DNA of 64,000 nucleotides from contig JAWLHY010000001.1 of NCBI GenBank assembly GCA_041690135.1, positions 1,408,001 through 1,472,000 of the forward strand, in the 5' to 3' direction. A program made the position numbers and the translations under genes. Numbering within the stretch: position 1 is the stretch's first letter; each line of letters starts with the position of its first letter. Below the pieces are notes generated by a model that did no database searches, was not told the origin of the DNA, and was given only the letters and a program-made list of their open reading frames with translations. Below, in pieces: positions 37,877-49,483 of the stretch. This stretch comes from Armatimonadota bacterium. Its GTDB lineage: Bacteria > Armatimonadota > SYMT01.

Positions 37877-39404
37877 GTGGTCTGTCGCCTTCCCGTCATC
37901 CTCGTGTCGCTGTGCGCGTGCCTCCTGGGGACCTCTTCCACTCCGGTGGCGGCCGAGGTGGACGGTGCTTTCCGCGGGGATAGCCGGCTGACGCAGCCCC
38001 TGACGGTCCGCGTCAGCGGGATGTCGCTCGACCGCTTGCTGCCACGCATCAGTAAAGAATTGGGGGTCACGCTCCGCCCGGGCTCAACCGCTGTTGGCGA
38101 TATCCGGGTCGCCGTATTTGCCGAGGGGTTGCCAGCCGACTTTCTATCAGAACCAAATTCTGCCAATCCCGCCCGGCCCTGTCATGCCGGGTAGTGACCC
38201 CGCGCCTGAAACCGTCTCTAACCGTAGCGAGACGCCCATAGAGCTCCGGCCGCGGGTCTGGTCCATGGCCGAGGTGCTTTCCGAAATCGCACGTCGCACC
38301 CGGAAGCCGTTGGTCTCCGACTGTTACCTCATGTCCTGGCACCGGGTGCGGGCCCTCGGTCCGGCCACGCTTCCTCAGATCCAGTCGCGCATCGATCGCC
38401 TGTGGGGCGTGGAATGGGATCTTCAGGATGGCTATATACTGGGCCGCAGTCGCACCTACTTCGCACGCCAGGCATGGGATGTGCCGGAGCGTCTGGTTAC
38501 TGCGTGGCTCGACGAGATTCGGAACGATCCTCGCTTGCGACTGGACACGCTGGCCCGGTTGGCCGAGTGGCCGGAGAGCGCGTTGACCGCATTGGAGTTC
38601 CATCCTGAACTCCAGGAGACCGCGCCGGATGCCAACGGCTTTCCGGTTTATTACAACGGTCCGCTGCGCTTCTACGGCCTGCTGTCGCCGGCCCAGCGCA
38701 AGCGCGTCCACTCCGAGGGGCTCCAGCTTGCCTATCCGGAGTTGTCTTCGCCAATGCAGCGCCACTTTCACCGCTGGCTACTGGAGCAAGCTCCCCACGT
38801 GCCGGAAGCCGGCCTGGCAGAGGCGAGCCTGCGGATTGCTTACTCGTCGGAGGGACACTTCCAGTGCCACTGGAAGATTGGGAATACCAGCAGTGCGTCT
38901 GACTCCTGGCTCGATATCCGCCGCGACTGGCTTACCGGCGAGTTGCAAGTGCGGGAGGTCGACTTCCCCCAGCGCCTCGCCGGCAAGCCGTTGCCCGCGA
39001 TGACGCTTCGTTCACCTGCCGGCGAACCGGTTTTGCTGCCGCGGGATGCCAGGGCACTTCGCGTGCTGTTGATCCGGTCACCCTGGCTGATGCCCAGCGT
39101 AGCGCGGGGTACGGGCGATGAAGACCTCCAGAAACTGTCGGCGCTTCTAACCGCACGACCCGAGTTGGCCGAACGTATCCGGCTCATCTGTCCCGATACC
39201 ACTCCCGCCGAGGTGAAGGCCTGGATAGCGGAACGAAAGCTGGCACTCCCCTGCCTCGCCGACCCGGACGGAAGCGTGCGCGATGTTGTTAGCGGGTTGC
39301 GGGAGCCGCGGGCCATCGTCGTCGACGAGGAGAAAAAAGTCGTCCGGATCATCTCCGGGTACGACCAGATCCGGTCCGTCGACTGGAGCACGCTCTTCCA
39401 GTAG
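37877..39404 (+). pseudogene. Tandem paralog of 35734..37872 with internal deletion and frameshift near 38140
   Basis: 37877 frame matches the paralog up to GDIRVAVFAEGLPA; the +1 frame resumes at ..IELRPRVWSMAEVLSE..SDCY.MSW..; roughly 185 aa of the paralog are missing. Confidence 0.7.
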
Positions 39405-39522
39405 AAAGATGTGAGGGCGAAGTCGTCCGAAACGGCCTCACGCGAGTTTGGAGCCAGTGCTTGTCCCGAGTTCACCAGCAGAAGCCACCATAAGAACCGC
39501 GGAGACAGCGGTCGGAAAGTGG

Positions 39523-40107
39523 TTAGAGTGAGTAGCTCAAACGCTCCGCACCCTCGGCTACCTTTCCCTCAGCGAACAGGCGGTCGACCATGCGGGTGAT
39601 CTCTGCTTCCGGAAGCTTCTTGTGGAACATGGCGGAGAGATGGGCGATTAAGGTCGCTCGCGTTCGCGGACGGGCGTGCGTCGCCAGCTTTGTCAGTAGT
39701 TCCATTACACGCAGATAGTTCGGATCGGGTGCCGCTGCTGGTGCCGCCTTGAGTTCCGCCAGGGACTCGATTCGTCGGCATTGATGGCCGTTTCCCGTAA
39801 GATGGGCCAGCAAGGGATCGAAGCCTCGGTCCCTGGAGAGGACGATGCACTCCAGCTTGGGAGAGTGTACCAGCCAGCGTCCCATGTAGTAGGCAATGTG
39901 GAAATCGAGAGCATTGCTGCCGTTCCCATCCACCTTGATCCACTCTATGCGCTTGCCCAGCTTCTGCGCATCGCGTACGAGCTCGATCGGAATCGACTTC
40001 TGCGAGCTGCCGACAAAGATGGCGACATCGAGATCCTCGGGCAGCTTGGCAAGGGAGAGAGCTTGCACGTTCTCGAAGTCGACGAGAAGGCGGCGTTTGC
40101 CTGTCAT
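39523..40107 (-). CDS. PIN/NYN-like nuclease domain protein (PIN7-type)
   Basis: LLVDFENVQ, GSNALDFHIAYYMG, IVLSRDRGFDPL. Confidence 0.85.
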   Translation of the reverse strand: MTGKRRLLVDFENVQALSLAKLPEDLDVAIFVGSSQKSIPIELVRDAQKLGKRIEWIKVDGNGSNALDFHIAYYMGRWLVHSPKLECIVLSRDRGFDPLLAHLTGNGHQCRRIESLAELKAAPAAAPDPNYLRVMELLTKLATHARPRTRATLIAHLSAMFHKKLPEAEITRMVDRLFAEGKVAEGAERLSYSL

Positions 40108-40480
40108 CGGCAGTTTTCCGGGGATCAACAGCCGTCCGGGTGTGTGAGGGGCGGACAGTATCGCCGGTCGGCAGAGGGGCTTGCTGTCGAATGGTAAGGA
40201 AGGATAACGAATGGTTGCCTGGAGTGTCAACCTATGAGGTGGACCTGACCCCCGCTATCCTCCTCACCTTCACAAAGGAGCAACCGAGACGAGATGGGGT
40301 GCAACGGGAGGCGCTAGGACACGGTACGCATCTGCAGGTGCTGAAAAGCTCTCCTTGTGATTCTGGTGGGCTGCGGCTACAAACGAATTGGAATTCCGTT
40401 GCAGGAGTTTTGGGAGCTGATATCTAAATGCTTTCTGGGCGTTGCCCTATTTCTCACATCTAGCAGCGAAGGAGACCCTC

Positions 40481-41206
40481 ATGCACAGACAGGTCCGGCG
40501 GCGGGCGTTCACCCTCATCGAACTTCTCGTTGTGATTGCAATCATTGCTATCCTTGCAGCTATTTTGTTTCCCGTCTTCGCTCGGGCACGGGAGGCCGCT
40601 CGGGCCACCTCATGCAAGTCCAATCTGAAGCAGATCGGCACGGCGTTCATGATGTACGCGCAGGACTATGACGAGACGATGGTGTCCGGGCGTCCAGCGG
40701 ACCCCCATACAGCAGCGCTTACGAACTACCATGCCTATAACGGCTGGCCTTCTCACCTGCAGCCATACACGAAGAACAAGCAGATGTTCTACTGCCCGAG
40801 CAGTCCGGCGGCGAAACCTGCCGACTACCTCAATCCGGCCGTCAACCCCACCGTCGCCTATCCGGCCCAGCATTACGCTTACAACTGGGACTTCTGGGCA
40901 TGTGGCGCGGGAATCGGTAGTGATGGGGCGGGAGGACGATCCCTGGCTGCCGTGCAAGCTCCGGCAGACATCCTGCTCGTGAGCGATGCGACCAACGGCA
41001 CTCGGTTCTTTGTTTCCAGTACCAACACAATGGCTTCGGCGACGGCAATCGTCAGTTCCACCAACCGCCACTCCGAAGGCATCAATATTGCCTTCGGGGA
41101 TGGTCATGTGAAGTTCATGAACTCCAAGTCCGTCATTGCCAGGTTCGTTCCCGGCACGGGATCGACCCTAAACGAGAACTGCATCCTCGGCTACAACCTT
41201 CAATAG
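40481..41206 (+). CDS. DUF1559 prepilin-type N-terminal cleavage/methylation protein with H-X9-DG C-terminus
   Basis: [51 protein letters not shown]; [17 protein letters not shown]. Confidence 0.95.
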   Translation: MHRQVRRRAFTLIELLVVIAIIAILAAILFPVFARAREAARATSCKSNLKQIGTAFMMYAQDYDETMVSGRPADPHTAALTNYHAYNGWPSHLQPYTKNKQMFYCPSSPAAKPADYLNPAVNPTVAYPAQHYAYNWDFWACGAGIGSDGAGGRSLAAVQAPADILLVSDATNGTRFFVSSTNTMASATAIVSSTNRHSEGINIAFGDGHVKFMNSKSVIARFVPGTGSTLNENCILGYNLQ

Positions 41207-41518
41207 GAACTTGCTTGAGTGCCACATTGGGCCGAAAAGGCGCGTGGGTGTGCCAATGCACATGGCGCGTACGACACGGTGATAGCTTCCAGTGATGGCT
41301 ATCTAAATCAGCCAATAGCAAGCCTGGCCGGACATCCTCCCCGGAAAGCGGCCAGGTTTGCTTGTCATGAGGCCGGAAAGCAGTCGCCGTCATCATTTAT
41401 GTGGTGACGGCGTAAGCTGGTCGCGTTTCACCCTTGTTCTCGTCGCGTCTCGCTGGGCGGAGAAAGGTTACCCCTATCCCCTTTCGGCAATAATTGCCTC
41501 GTTTAATTCATTCCGAAG

Positions 41519-42847
41519 TCACGGTTCCACCACGCGCACGGAGTTCACATAATCCCCATCTTGCTCTGTGTCCGGATTGGCCGGATCGAGGATCCACTGC
41601 CCGTCGACAATAAACTTGTAGCTGATGCGTCCCGGCACGGTTTCCACAACCACCTGCCAGACGCCGCCCTTCCGCGTCAGCGGGTTGGCTTCCGCGTCCC
41701 AGTTGTTGAACGTGCCGGCAATCCGCACTTCCCGAGCGCCGGGATATCCCGAAAGCGAGAAAGCCACCTTCTTGAAACGGGTTGCCTGCCGCTCGACATC
41801 GCCGAGCACCCGCTTCAGGGCATTCTGCCAGCCTTCTTCCGTCGCTCCGGCAATCAACTGTTTCAGGACCGCCTGGTGCGCGGTGTGCAGCGCACGCGGC
41901 GCGGGGACGGGCACGTCCGGCGCCACTCCCACCCCTTCCCAGTTTGTTTTCGTGATGGGATTAATCGCCCGGCCCATCGGTACCCACACGCTGAAATGGT
42001 CGTTCGCCCGCTGGGTGCCGCCAGGGTTCGCTCCGCCGCCGGTGGTCTCACCGACTATCGTCGCCCGCTTCAGGTTCTTCAGGTCGTATGCGAGCTCTTC
42101 GGCACCGGAAAAAGTGCTCCGGCTGGTCAACAGGTAGATCGGTTTGTTCAGATATCGCTTGCCTGGAACGTGTGCCCACGTCCAGAGTTGTCGTGTCTTG
42201 TTGCCCGCCCGCCAGTAGAGATCGTTCAGGTGGGTGGGCTCGGCGAAGAAGTAGCTGCAGAGCATTGGGATGGCGTCCTGGGAGATACTCCCCCCGCAGC
42301 TGCGGAGATCAATGATCAGCGCATCGGTGTTGGCGAGGTAGCTCATCGCTGCGCTGTACGTGTCGCCTGCGAACTCCGGCGGCGCCAGATAGCGGAACTG
42401 AAGAAACCCGACGTTGCCCGGGAGGATGTCCAGCTTGCTCAACCCGAAGTTGTCCCGCGCCCTGGTGCGGCGGGCCTCTTCCCGCTGTTCCGGGGTCGGA
42501 CTGTGTGACGGGGACGGCTGCGGCGGCAGGACCGCGGAGGAGTAGGTCACGCGGATGTGCCGGTCCTTGCTGATGGCCCGCAGGTCTCGCGTGAGGACTG
42601 CGGCCAGTTCATCCCCAGTCGTGATGGAGTCGTAAAGTTTGCGGGCGGCGTGTTCGCGCACCGTCTGCGCCATCTTCTGCGCCACGTCGGGAAAGACGTA
42701 CCCGTCCGTCAACCGTCGGAGCACGGCTTCGATGGCGTCGGTTCTTGCTGCGGCGTCCAATTTCACCTCCGGCTGGGCGAGGACCGCCGATGCCGACAGG
42801 ACCATAGCGGATAACATGGCGATCATCCAGGTTGCTTTCTGCCTCAT
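41519..42847 (-). CDS. S41 family peptidase (IRBP-like) with C-terminal CBM48/AMPK-type glycogen-binding domain
   Basis: DALIIDLR..GG, TFSGAEELAY.LK..KRATIVGETTGGGA, NWEGVGVAPDV; V.IAGTFNNW..YKFIVDGQWILDP.NP. Confidence 0.9.
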   Translation of the reverse strand: MRQKATWMIAMLSAMVLSASAVLAQPEVKLDAAARTDAIEAVLRRLTDGYVFPDVAQKMAQTVREHAARKLYDSITTGDELAAVLTRDLRAISKDRHIRVTYSSAVLPPQPSPSHSPTPEQREEARRTRARDNFGLSKLDILPGNVGFLQFRYLAPPEFAGDTYSAAMSYLANTDALIIDLRSCGGSISQDAIPMLCSYFFAEPTHLNDLYWRAGNKTRQLWTWAHVPGKRYLNKPIYLLTSRSTFSGAEELAYDLKNLKRATIVGETTGGGANPGGTQRANDHFSVWVPMGRAINPITKTNWEGVGVAPDVPVPAPRALHTAHQAVLKQLIAGATEEGWQNALKRVLGDVERQATRFKKVAFSLSGYPGAREVRIAGTFNNWDAEANPLTRKGGVWQVVVETVPGRISYKFIVDGQWILDPANPDTEQDGDYVNSVRVVEP

Positions 42848-42938
42848 TTCCTTCTCCTTGCGAGCTTTTGGTGCCGGTTGTGCGGATGGCTTCCGGCGTA
42901 CGTTTAGTGGGTGAACCGGTGAGAGCCCGGTCGACGGT

Positions 42939-42961
42939 GGGCGGCTACGTACGCGCCCTAC
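42939..42961 (-). repeat. GTAG-type REP hairpin
   Basis: Minus GTAGGGCG-CGTACGTAGC-CGCCC. Confidence 0.6.
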
Positions 42962-42970
42962 CGCATCCGG

Positions 42971-43516
42971 TCATGCGTCAAGTACATCCGGCAGGTCCGG
43001 AATCATCGCATGGGCGAAGACCACCCGGCGGCGGTTCGAATCCGTCCCAGCTTGCTGCCAGGGCTCCAGACACTCTAGCAGCCGCCGCATGAACTCGGGA
43101 TAGTCGTCCGGGCTCAGATAGAGCGGCGTCATGAGTGCGTGCACGGAATCACGGGTGGGATCGGCGTCGTCCATCTCCAGGTAAGCGCGATGGAGCCCAC
43201 CGAGCGCGTTCAAAAAGGTCGCGAAGTAGGTCAGGTGCTCTGCCGGCGTGGCGTCTTTCACTTCTGCCGGTGCGATCCGTGCCCGTTCCTTCTGCACTGC
43301 GTACACCTTGGTCGCGGTACCGTTCACGCGCACCTCGTCTACCGGTGCGATGATTCCTCCCTCCGCCAGGAGCCGGACATGCCGGTAGATTGACGATAGC
43401 GGTACGTCCGGCAGGAGTTGGCCTACCTGCAACGCCGTGAGTTGGCGCCCCAAGAGGGCCGTGAGGATCCTTGAACGGACCGGATGGGCGATCAGTTGGG
43501 TCTTTTCGATGGGCAT
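42971..43516 (-). CDS. ArsR-like (HTH_20) transcriptional regulator
   Basis: [12 protein letters not shown]....LT......LPDVP.SSIYRHV..L..GG.I....E..V.G...K.Y. Confidence 0.88.
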   Translation of the reverse strand: MPIEKTQLIAHPVRSRILTALLGRQLTALQVGQLLPDVPLSSIYRHVRLLAEGGIIAPVDEVRVNGTATKVYAVQKERARIAPAEVKDATPAEHLTYFATFLNALGGLHRAYLEMDDADPTRDSVHALMTPLYLSPDDYPEFMRRLLECLEPWQQAGTDSNRRRVVFAHAMIPDLPDVLDA

Positions 43517-43542
43517 TGGCTGGACCGGTCCTCGGATACGTC

Positions 43543-43579
43543 TATCATTATTGATATTGATATACGAGCGCCGCCGGCT
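43543..43579 (-). promoter_or_regulatory. Putative autoregulatory operator and promoter region of the ArsR-like gene
   Basis: AT-rich palindrome TATCA-TTAT-TGATA (43543-43556) just downstream of a minus-strand TATATC -10-like box, with TTGTCG 17 bp upstream of that box. Confidence 0.5.
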
Positions 43580-43747
43580 TTCGACAACCTCTCTTGAACA
43601 AAAGAATCATGGTTATTGGAAAGCGAACACCGCCCGTACGCTGATTGCGTCCAGCCCTTTTGACGCTTTGCAGCACCGACGTTAAGGTTCGGGATGAAGG
43701 TACATCCCTCGGAACACATCTGAAGCAGCGGCAACCTGGCAGTAGCT

Positions 43748-44728
43748 ATGATCCCCTTCTCCGTTCTTGATCTTTCTCCTATCGTTGCAGGTGGCGATGC
43801 CGCGCAGGCGCTGCGCAATACGTTGGATTTGGCCCGACACGCGGAAAGCTGGGGTTATCATCGGTACTGGCTGGCCGAGCACCACAATCTGTCAGGAGTG
43901 GCCAGCGCCGCGACTTCGGTTGTCATCGGCCAGGTAGCGGCGGCTACTTCGACTATGCGCGTGGGGGCGGGTGGGATTATGCTGCCGAACCACGCTCCTT
44001 TGATGGTGGCGGAGCAATTCGGCACGCTGGAGGCGCTGTTCCCGGGCCGCATCGACCTGGGCCTGGGGCGCGCGCCCGGTACCGATCCCTACACCACGCG
44101 CGCCCTCCGGCGGAACCTCGCCGCAGGTGCCGAAACCTTCCCGCAGGATGTGCTGGAGCTGATCTGCTACTTCCGCCCCGCGGAACCGGGGCAGGCGGTA
44201 GTGGCCGTGCCGGGCGCGGGGCTGCGCGTGCCGATCTGGATTCTGGGCTCCAGCCTGTTCGGGGCTCAACTAGCCGCGACTCTTGGCCTTCGCTACGCCT
44301 TCGCTTCCCACTTCGCCCCCGCCCAACTGTACGAGGCGATCGACCTCTACCGCAGCGAGTTCCGCGCTTCCGAGCAGCTCGAGAAGCCGTACGTGATGCT
44401 GGGCGTTAACGTCTTTGCGGCCGATACCGAAGCGGAAGCTCGCTATCACTTTAGTTCCTTGCAGCAAGCGTTCCTCAATCTACGCCACGGGCGGCCGGGT
44501 CCCCTACCGGCTCCCGTGGAAGGCTTTGATCGGCAGTTGGAGCCGTGGGAGCGGTCGACCCTCGCTAACGCGTTGGCCTGCTCCGTCGTCGGCACTCCGG
44601 AGATCGTCCGGCGCGGCCTCCAGGAGTTCATAGCGCGCACCGGCGCCGACGAGGTTATCGTAACAGCGCAGATGTTCGACCACGCGGCCCGTCTCCGCTC
44701 GTTTGAGATCACCGCGGAAGCGCGTTAA
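43748..44728 (+). CDS. LLM class flavin-dependent oxidoreductase (luciferase-like, YhbW-type)
   Basis: [62 protein letters not shown]. Confidence 0.95.
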   Translation: MIPFSVLDLSPIVAGGDAAQALRNTLDLARHAESWGYHRYWLAEHHNLSGVASAATSVVIGQVAAATSTMRVGAGGIMLPNHAPLMVAEQFGTLEALFPGRIDLGLGRAPGTDPYTTRALRRNLAAGAETFPQDVLELICYFRPAEPGQAVVAVPGAGLRVPIWILGSSLFGAQLAATLGLRYAFASHFAPAQLYEAIDLYRSEFRASEQLEKPYVMLGVNVFAADTEAEARYHFSSLQQAFLNLRHGRPGPLPAPVEGFDRQLEPWERSTLANALACSVVGTPEIVRRGLQEFIARTGADEVIVTAQMFDHAARLRSFEITAEAR

Positions 44729-44886
44729 GGATGGGATAGCGGATGCCACGTCGAAAGACAGCGTGAGAGGCACTCCCCTCGGGCGTTCCGGTGCGGGAGC
44801 TTACCGCAGAGGCTTAGCGCGGAGTGCTACTCGTGCAGCCGGTGACGATTCCCGGCCCAGAACAGCTTGTTAAGGATCCTCGCCAC

Positions 44887-46266
44887 ATGTGTCCCGGACG
44901 TTTGCCCGTCCTGCTATCGCTTGCCATTACCCTTCCCGCTCTGGCACTGCAGGCGGCCCCAAAAGTGGACCTCACCGTCGCTCCCTTGGCGGAGCTCCAG
45001 CGCCAGATGCCGGTTACTCTGCGCTCCACGCGACCGGACTACGTGGTATTCGTCCCGCAGGTGACCGATGCGGGGGTCAGTGATACCGGCAACGAGCATT
45101 TTTTGGTCTTCGACGGTCCGAACCGGTCGCTGATGGCTGTCTGGACGCAAAGCTCACACGAGGGCGAACCGGACCAGCACATCGTTTTCTCGCGCAGCGA
45201 GGATGAGGGAAAGTCATGGTCCAAACCCCGCGTCATCGCCGGGCCGGCACGGGCCGGACAGGAGCCGATCGCGAGTTGGGCGTTCCCCCTGGTCAGCAAG
45301 CGCGGGCGGATCTACGTGCTCTACAGCCGGCACGTCGGCAAGTTCGATACCTTCTTCCATACGACGGGGCGAATGGAAGGGATCTATAGCGACGATAACG
45401 GTCGCACCTGGTCCGCGCCGGAAACAGTGGCCATGCCGCGGACTCCGCGCGATAACCCGGACTCCTCATTTCCGGCGAATTGGATTTGCTGGCAGAAGCC
45501 GGCGCGACTAACGCGAGACGGCCGTTACCTGGCGGGCTTCACCCGGTGGACGAGCAAGGCGGTGAAGAAGAACCCGACGAAGTCCTGGATCTCGCACGAC
45601 TCGGTCACGGAGTTCATGCGGTTTGACAACGTGGACCAGCACCCGCGAGTGGGAGAGTTGCGGATCACCTGGTTGCCGGAGGGCGGCCGGCCGTTGACCG
45701 TCCCTTTCCCCGGCTACCCGGAAACGAGCGTATGCCAGGAGCCCGCGCTGGTGAAGCTGCCGGACCAACGCCTCTTTTGCGTCGTGCGAACCTCCGCAGG
45801 TAGTCCGTACTGGAGCGTGAGTGGGGATGATGGCAGGACCTGGAGCACTCCGGAGCCACTCCGACGGCGTGATGGGGGGGAACTGCTGAAGCAACCTCTC
45901 TCGCCCGCCCCGCTCTTCGATCTCGCCGGAGATGCTGCGGGGAGCGGACGTTATGCTCTGTTCCTTCACGGACACGATGGCCACTACCAGGGTTTCGGGC
46001 CCACCGATACGAGCTTCCACCGGCGGCCCATCCAACTCCTGCGCGGTCGCTTCCAGCCCCAGGCGAAGCAGCCCGTCTGGTTCGACGCTCCCGAGTTCTT
46101 CATGGACCACGACGGCGTTCCGCTGGGAGGCCCCGAGAAGAGGGGGCGCCTGGATCTGGCGCTCTATTCCAGTCTCACGTATCGCCAGGGGCAGGCCGTG
46201 CTCTGGTATCCGGACCGGAAGTTTTTCTTGCTTGGGAAGAAGATCTCCACCGCCGAGCCGCGATAG
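44887..46266 (+). CDS. Exported sialidase/BNR (Asp-box) family protein
   Basis: Asp boxes SEDEGKSW, SDDNGRTW, SGDDGRTW; QEPALV.L...R; signal peptide. Confidence 0.85.
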   Translation: MCPGRLPVLLSLAITLPALALQAAPKVDLTVAPLAELQRQMPVTLRSTRPDYVVFVPQVTDAGVSDTGNEHFLVFDGPNRSLMAVWTQSSHEGEPDQHIVFSRSEDEGKSWSKPRVIAGPARAGQEPIASWAFPLVSKRGRIYVLYSRHVGKFDTFFHTTGRMEGIYSDDNGRTWSAPETVAMPRTPRDNPDSSFPANWICWQKPARLTRDGRYLAGFTRWTSKAVKKNPTKSWISHDSVTEFMRFDNVDQHPRVGELRITWLPEGGRPLTVPFPGYPETSVCQEPALVKLPDQRLFCVVRTSAGSPYWSVSGDDGRTWSTPEPLRRRDGGELLKQPLSPAPLFDLAGDAAGSGRYALFLHGHDGHYQGFGPTDTSFHRRPIQLLRGRFQPQAKQPVWFDAPEFFMDHDGVPLGGPEKRGRLDLALYSSLTYRQGQAVLWYPDRKFFLLGKKISTAEPR

Positions 46267-46271
46267 GCGGG

Positions 46272-46315
46272 CCGCACCAGGGTGGATCCGGATCCCCGCT
46301 TCCACCCTGGTGCGG
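46272..46315. terminator. 15-bp perfect hairpin between convergent genes
   Basis: ccgcaccagggtgga-N14-tccaccctggtgcgg. Confidence 0.55.
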
Positions 46316-46440
46316 TGACCCGGATCCACTTCCGTTAACGAAGGAGGACCGAACCCGCATCGATCCGCATTCGGAACTCCACCAGCACCAGTAGGCTCCA
46401 GGTTCTCATTGTCTTCCTCCGCGCACGCGAAATCTTCGAC

Positions 46441-47421
<981 letters not shown>

Positions 47422-47563
47422 AAGACTCCTTGCGTCCGCCTGCAGCTTTTTGCCGCTGGTAAGTCCAGGTGGGAGCATCGCAGAGAGTGTACCGCGCTGG
47501 TTCGCCGTCTACACGCGCAGAGCAGAAGAACGGTGATCCAGCCGCGAAAGGAAGAGCCAGAGC

Positions 47564-48283
47564 ATGCCGGAGACGGAAATATCCACGCCCACCCCCGCCG
47601 TACAGGGAACGCTGCTGACCTACGCTGTCCTTACCGGGCTCACTCCCCTGATTCCCATTCCGTTCGTGGATGATCTCGCGAAGGACTTCTTCCGGCGGCG
47701 ACTGGTGCGCACCCTGGCTGCCTCTCGCGGGATTACCCTGGGCCCGGGCGTGGTTGAGAACGTGACGAGTGAACCCTCCGGGTGCCTGATGACCGGCTGT
47801 CTGACCCAGGTGGTCCTCTATCCGCTCAAGAAGATCTTCCGCAAGGTCTTCTATTTTCTGGAGTGGAAGCGGGCACTCGACCTGACGAGCCAGACCTATC
47901 ATTTCGGCTTTCTCGTGGACTGCGCACTGCGCGACGGGTTTCTGGGAGCGGCTGGAGGGGCCTCTCCAGAGGGGGTGCGGGAAGCGATCGCGGGCGTGTG
48001 CCGGGAAGCTCCGATCCGACCCGTGGAGAGCGCCGTTGCCGGCACCTTCCGGCAGTCACGCGCGGCGATTCAGGCGACTGTGAGCTCCTTCGAGCGTCTC
48101 TTCCGGCAGGTTGCCGGGAGACCCGGACCGGCGCAGGTGGAAGAGACGCTAGGGCCGGCGGAGGAGCAGGAAAAACGGCAGGTGGCGGGAGTCGTGGAGA
48201 GCCTCCGGAGCCGGATGCAGGCGGTTCCGGATTCTCACTATCGCACTCTCCGCGAGCAGCTTCGAGCCCGGCTCCAGGGATAA
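47564..48283 (+). CDS. Hypothetical protein
   Basis: AVLTGLTPLIPIPFVDD pattern reminiscent of DUF697/EcsC-like proteins; ORF fills the gap. Confidence 0.7.
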   Translation: MPETEISTPTPAVQGTLLTYAVLTGLTPLIPIPFVDDLAKDFFRRRLVRTLAASRGITLGPGVVENVTSEPSGCLMTGCLTQVVLYPLKKIFRKVFYFLEWKRALDLTSQTYHFGFLVDCALRDGFLGAAGGASPEGVREAIAGVCREAPIRPVESAVAGTFRQSRAAIQATVSSFERLFRQVAGRPGPAQVEETLGPAEEQEKRQVAGVVESLRSRMQAVPDSHYRTLREQLRARLQG

Positions 48284-48363
48284 CCCCAGGGGGTGAGAGC
48301 TCCCATCGGGGTTTGATCCCTGTCCGCTCCTGCTACTACTGAGCAGGAGTGGGAGACGGAGCA

Positions 48364-48789
48364 ATGGATGGTCGGCAGTTGGTGGGAGAAGCGATTCTGG
48401 ATTGGGTAGTGCTGTATGCCAGTCTTTTCGCGGAGGCGGTGGCTGTCGTCATCATTGCCTATGCCGTGGCGCTCGCCACCTGGCACATCATACGGACTAC
48501 CTTCAACCAGCAAGACGATCCCCATCCCTGGCTCACCATCCGCCTCGACCTGGCCCGGAGCCTGGGCCTGGCGCTGGAATTCTTGCTGGCGGCCGATATC
48601 CTGCGTACCGCCGTGGCTCCTACCTGGGAAGAGCTCGGCAAGCTGGCCGCCATCGCCATTATTCGGACCGGCCTGAATTTCTTCCTGAACCGCGAAATGA
48701 GTCACGAGGAGCAGCGCGCCCGGGAAGATCGAGACCGGCGGGAGCGCAGTAATATGCCGACCTCCGAGCGCCATCGCCAGGCCGCCTGA
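48364..48789 (+). CDS. DUF1622 membrane protein
   Basis: IRLDLARSLGLALEFLLAADILRT.VAPTW.ELG.LAAIAIIRT.LN.FL.RE. Confidence 0.92.
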   Translation: MDGRQLVGEAILDWVVLYASLFAEAVAVVIIAYAVALATWHIIRTTFNQQDDPHPWLTIRLDLARSLGLALEFLLAADILRTAVAPTWEELGKLAAIAIIRTGLNFFLNREMSHEEQRAREDRDRRERSNMPTSERHRQAA

Positions 48790-48793
48790 TCTC

Positions 48794-49474
48794 CTACTGC
48801 GGGCGCAGAATCCCTACCGGAGTCTGCTCGGCCCCTTGCCCGAGGGGGTTGTCTTTGAGGGCCAGGCGCACCTCTTCCGGGTTCACCCCGCGCGAATGGC
48901 CCAGGACCGCGCTGTCGATGTCGTTCACATCCACCACGGCGGCCTTGCATCCCAGCGCGTCCGCTATCGACTGTGCCACCCGGTCCGGGTCCTTGGGGCC
49001 CTTGATGACGCAATTGCGGAACTGCTCGATCCCCGCGGTACCGGGAGCATCTATGGCGGCTGCCTGCACACCGGCGATCCGGTAGAAGTCGCCCCTGCGG
49101 CCCAGTAGTTTGCCGACGGCGCCGGCGGCGGCGGCAAGCAGGATTCGTCCCGCTCCGCATTCATCGATGGCGCACTGCATGCTGTACGGGTTCCGAAGGC
49201 CGATACCGTAGGGGACCTGGCGCACGAAGGGCCACAGGCGGTTCGCCAACCAACTCACGCGGATCTGGTCGGTGGGTACGGCTCGCCCCTGGGTGATTGC
49301 GACGATCTTCTCGCTGACGAAGACCGTATCCTCCGGTTGTACCTGCTCGCCCGCGTACCGGCGAACCACCTCCACGATGTCATCTTCCGGCTGGATGATG
49401 TGCGTCCGGATCGGGATTCGCAGGTAAGAACGACCCTCAACGGAAATGGTGGGAGATTTTTCCTTGGTTGCCAT
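48794..49474 (-). CDS. Coenzyme F420-0:L-glutamate ligase (CofE)-like family protein
   Basis: IPIRTH....DI, VFVSEKIVAITQGR, FYRIAG.QAAAID, P.DP, VVDVND, DNPLGQG.EQTP. Confidence 0.8.
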   Translation of the reverse strand: MATKEKSPTISVEGRSYLRIPIRTHIIQPEDDIVEVVRRYAGEQVQPEDTVFVSEKIVAITQGRAVPTDQIRVSWLANRLWPFVRQVPYGIGLRNPYSMQCAIDECGAGRILLAAAAGAVGKLLGRRGDFYRIAGVQAAAIDAPGTAGIEQFRNCVIKGPKDPDRVAQSIADALGCKAAVVDVNDIDSAVLGHSRGVNPEEVRLALKDNPLGQGAEQTPVGILRPQ

Positions 49475-49483
49475 CGACACTCT

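Noticed and set aside
38094-38194. Programmed frameshift joining the two halves of paralog 2
   Set aside because: About 185 aa are missing relative to paralog 1 and no slippery heptamer is evident; deletion is simpler
40380-40400. Imperfect AT-rich palindrome upstream of the DUF1559 gene
   Set aside because: Too degenerate to call an operator without comparative data
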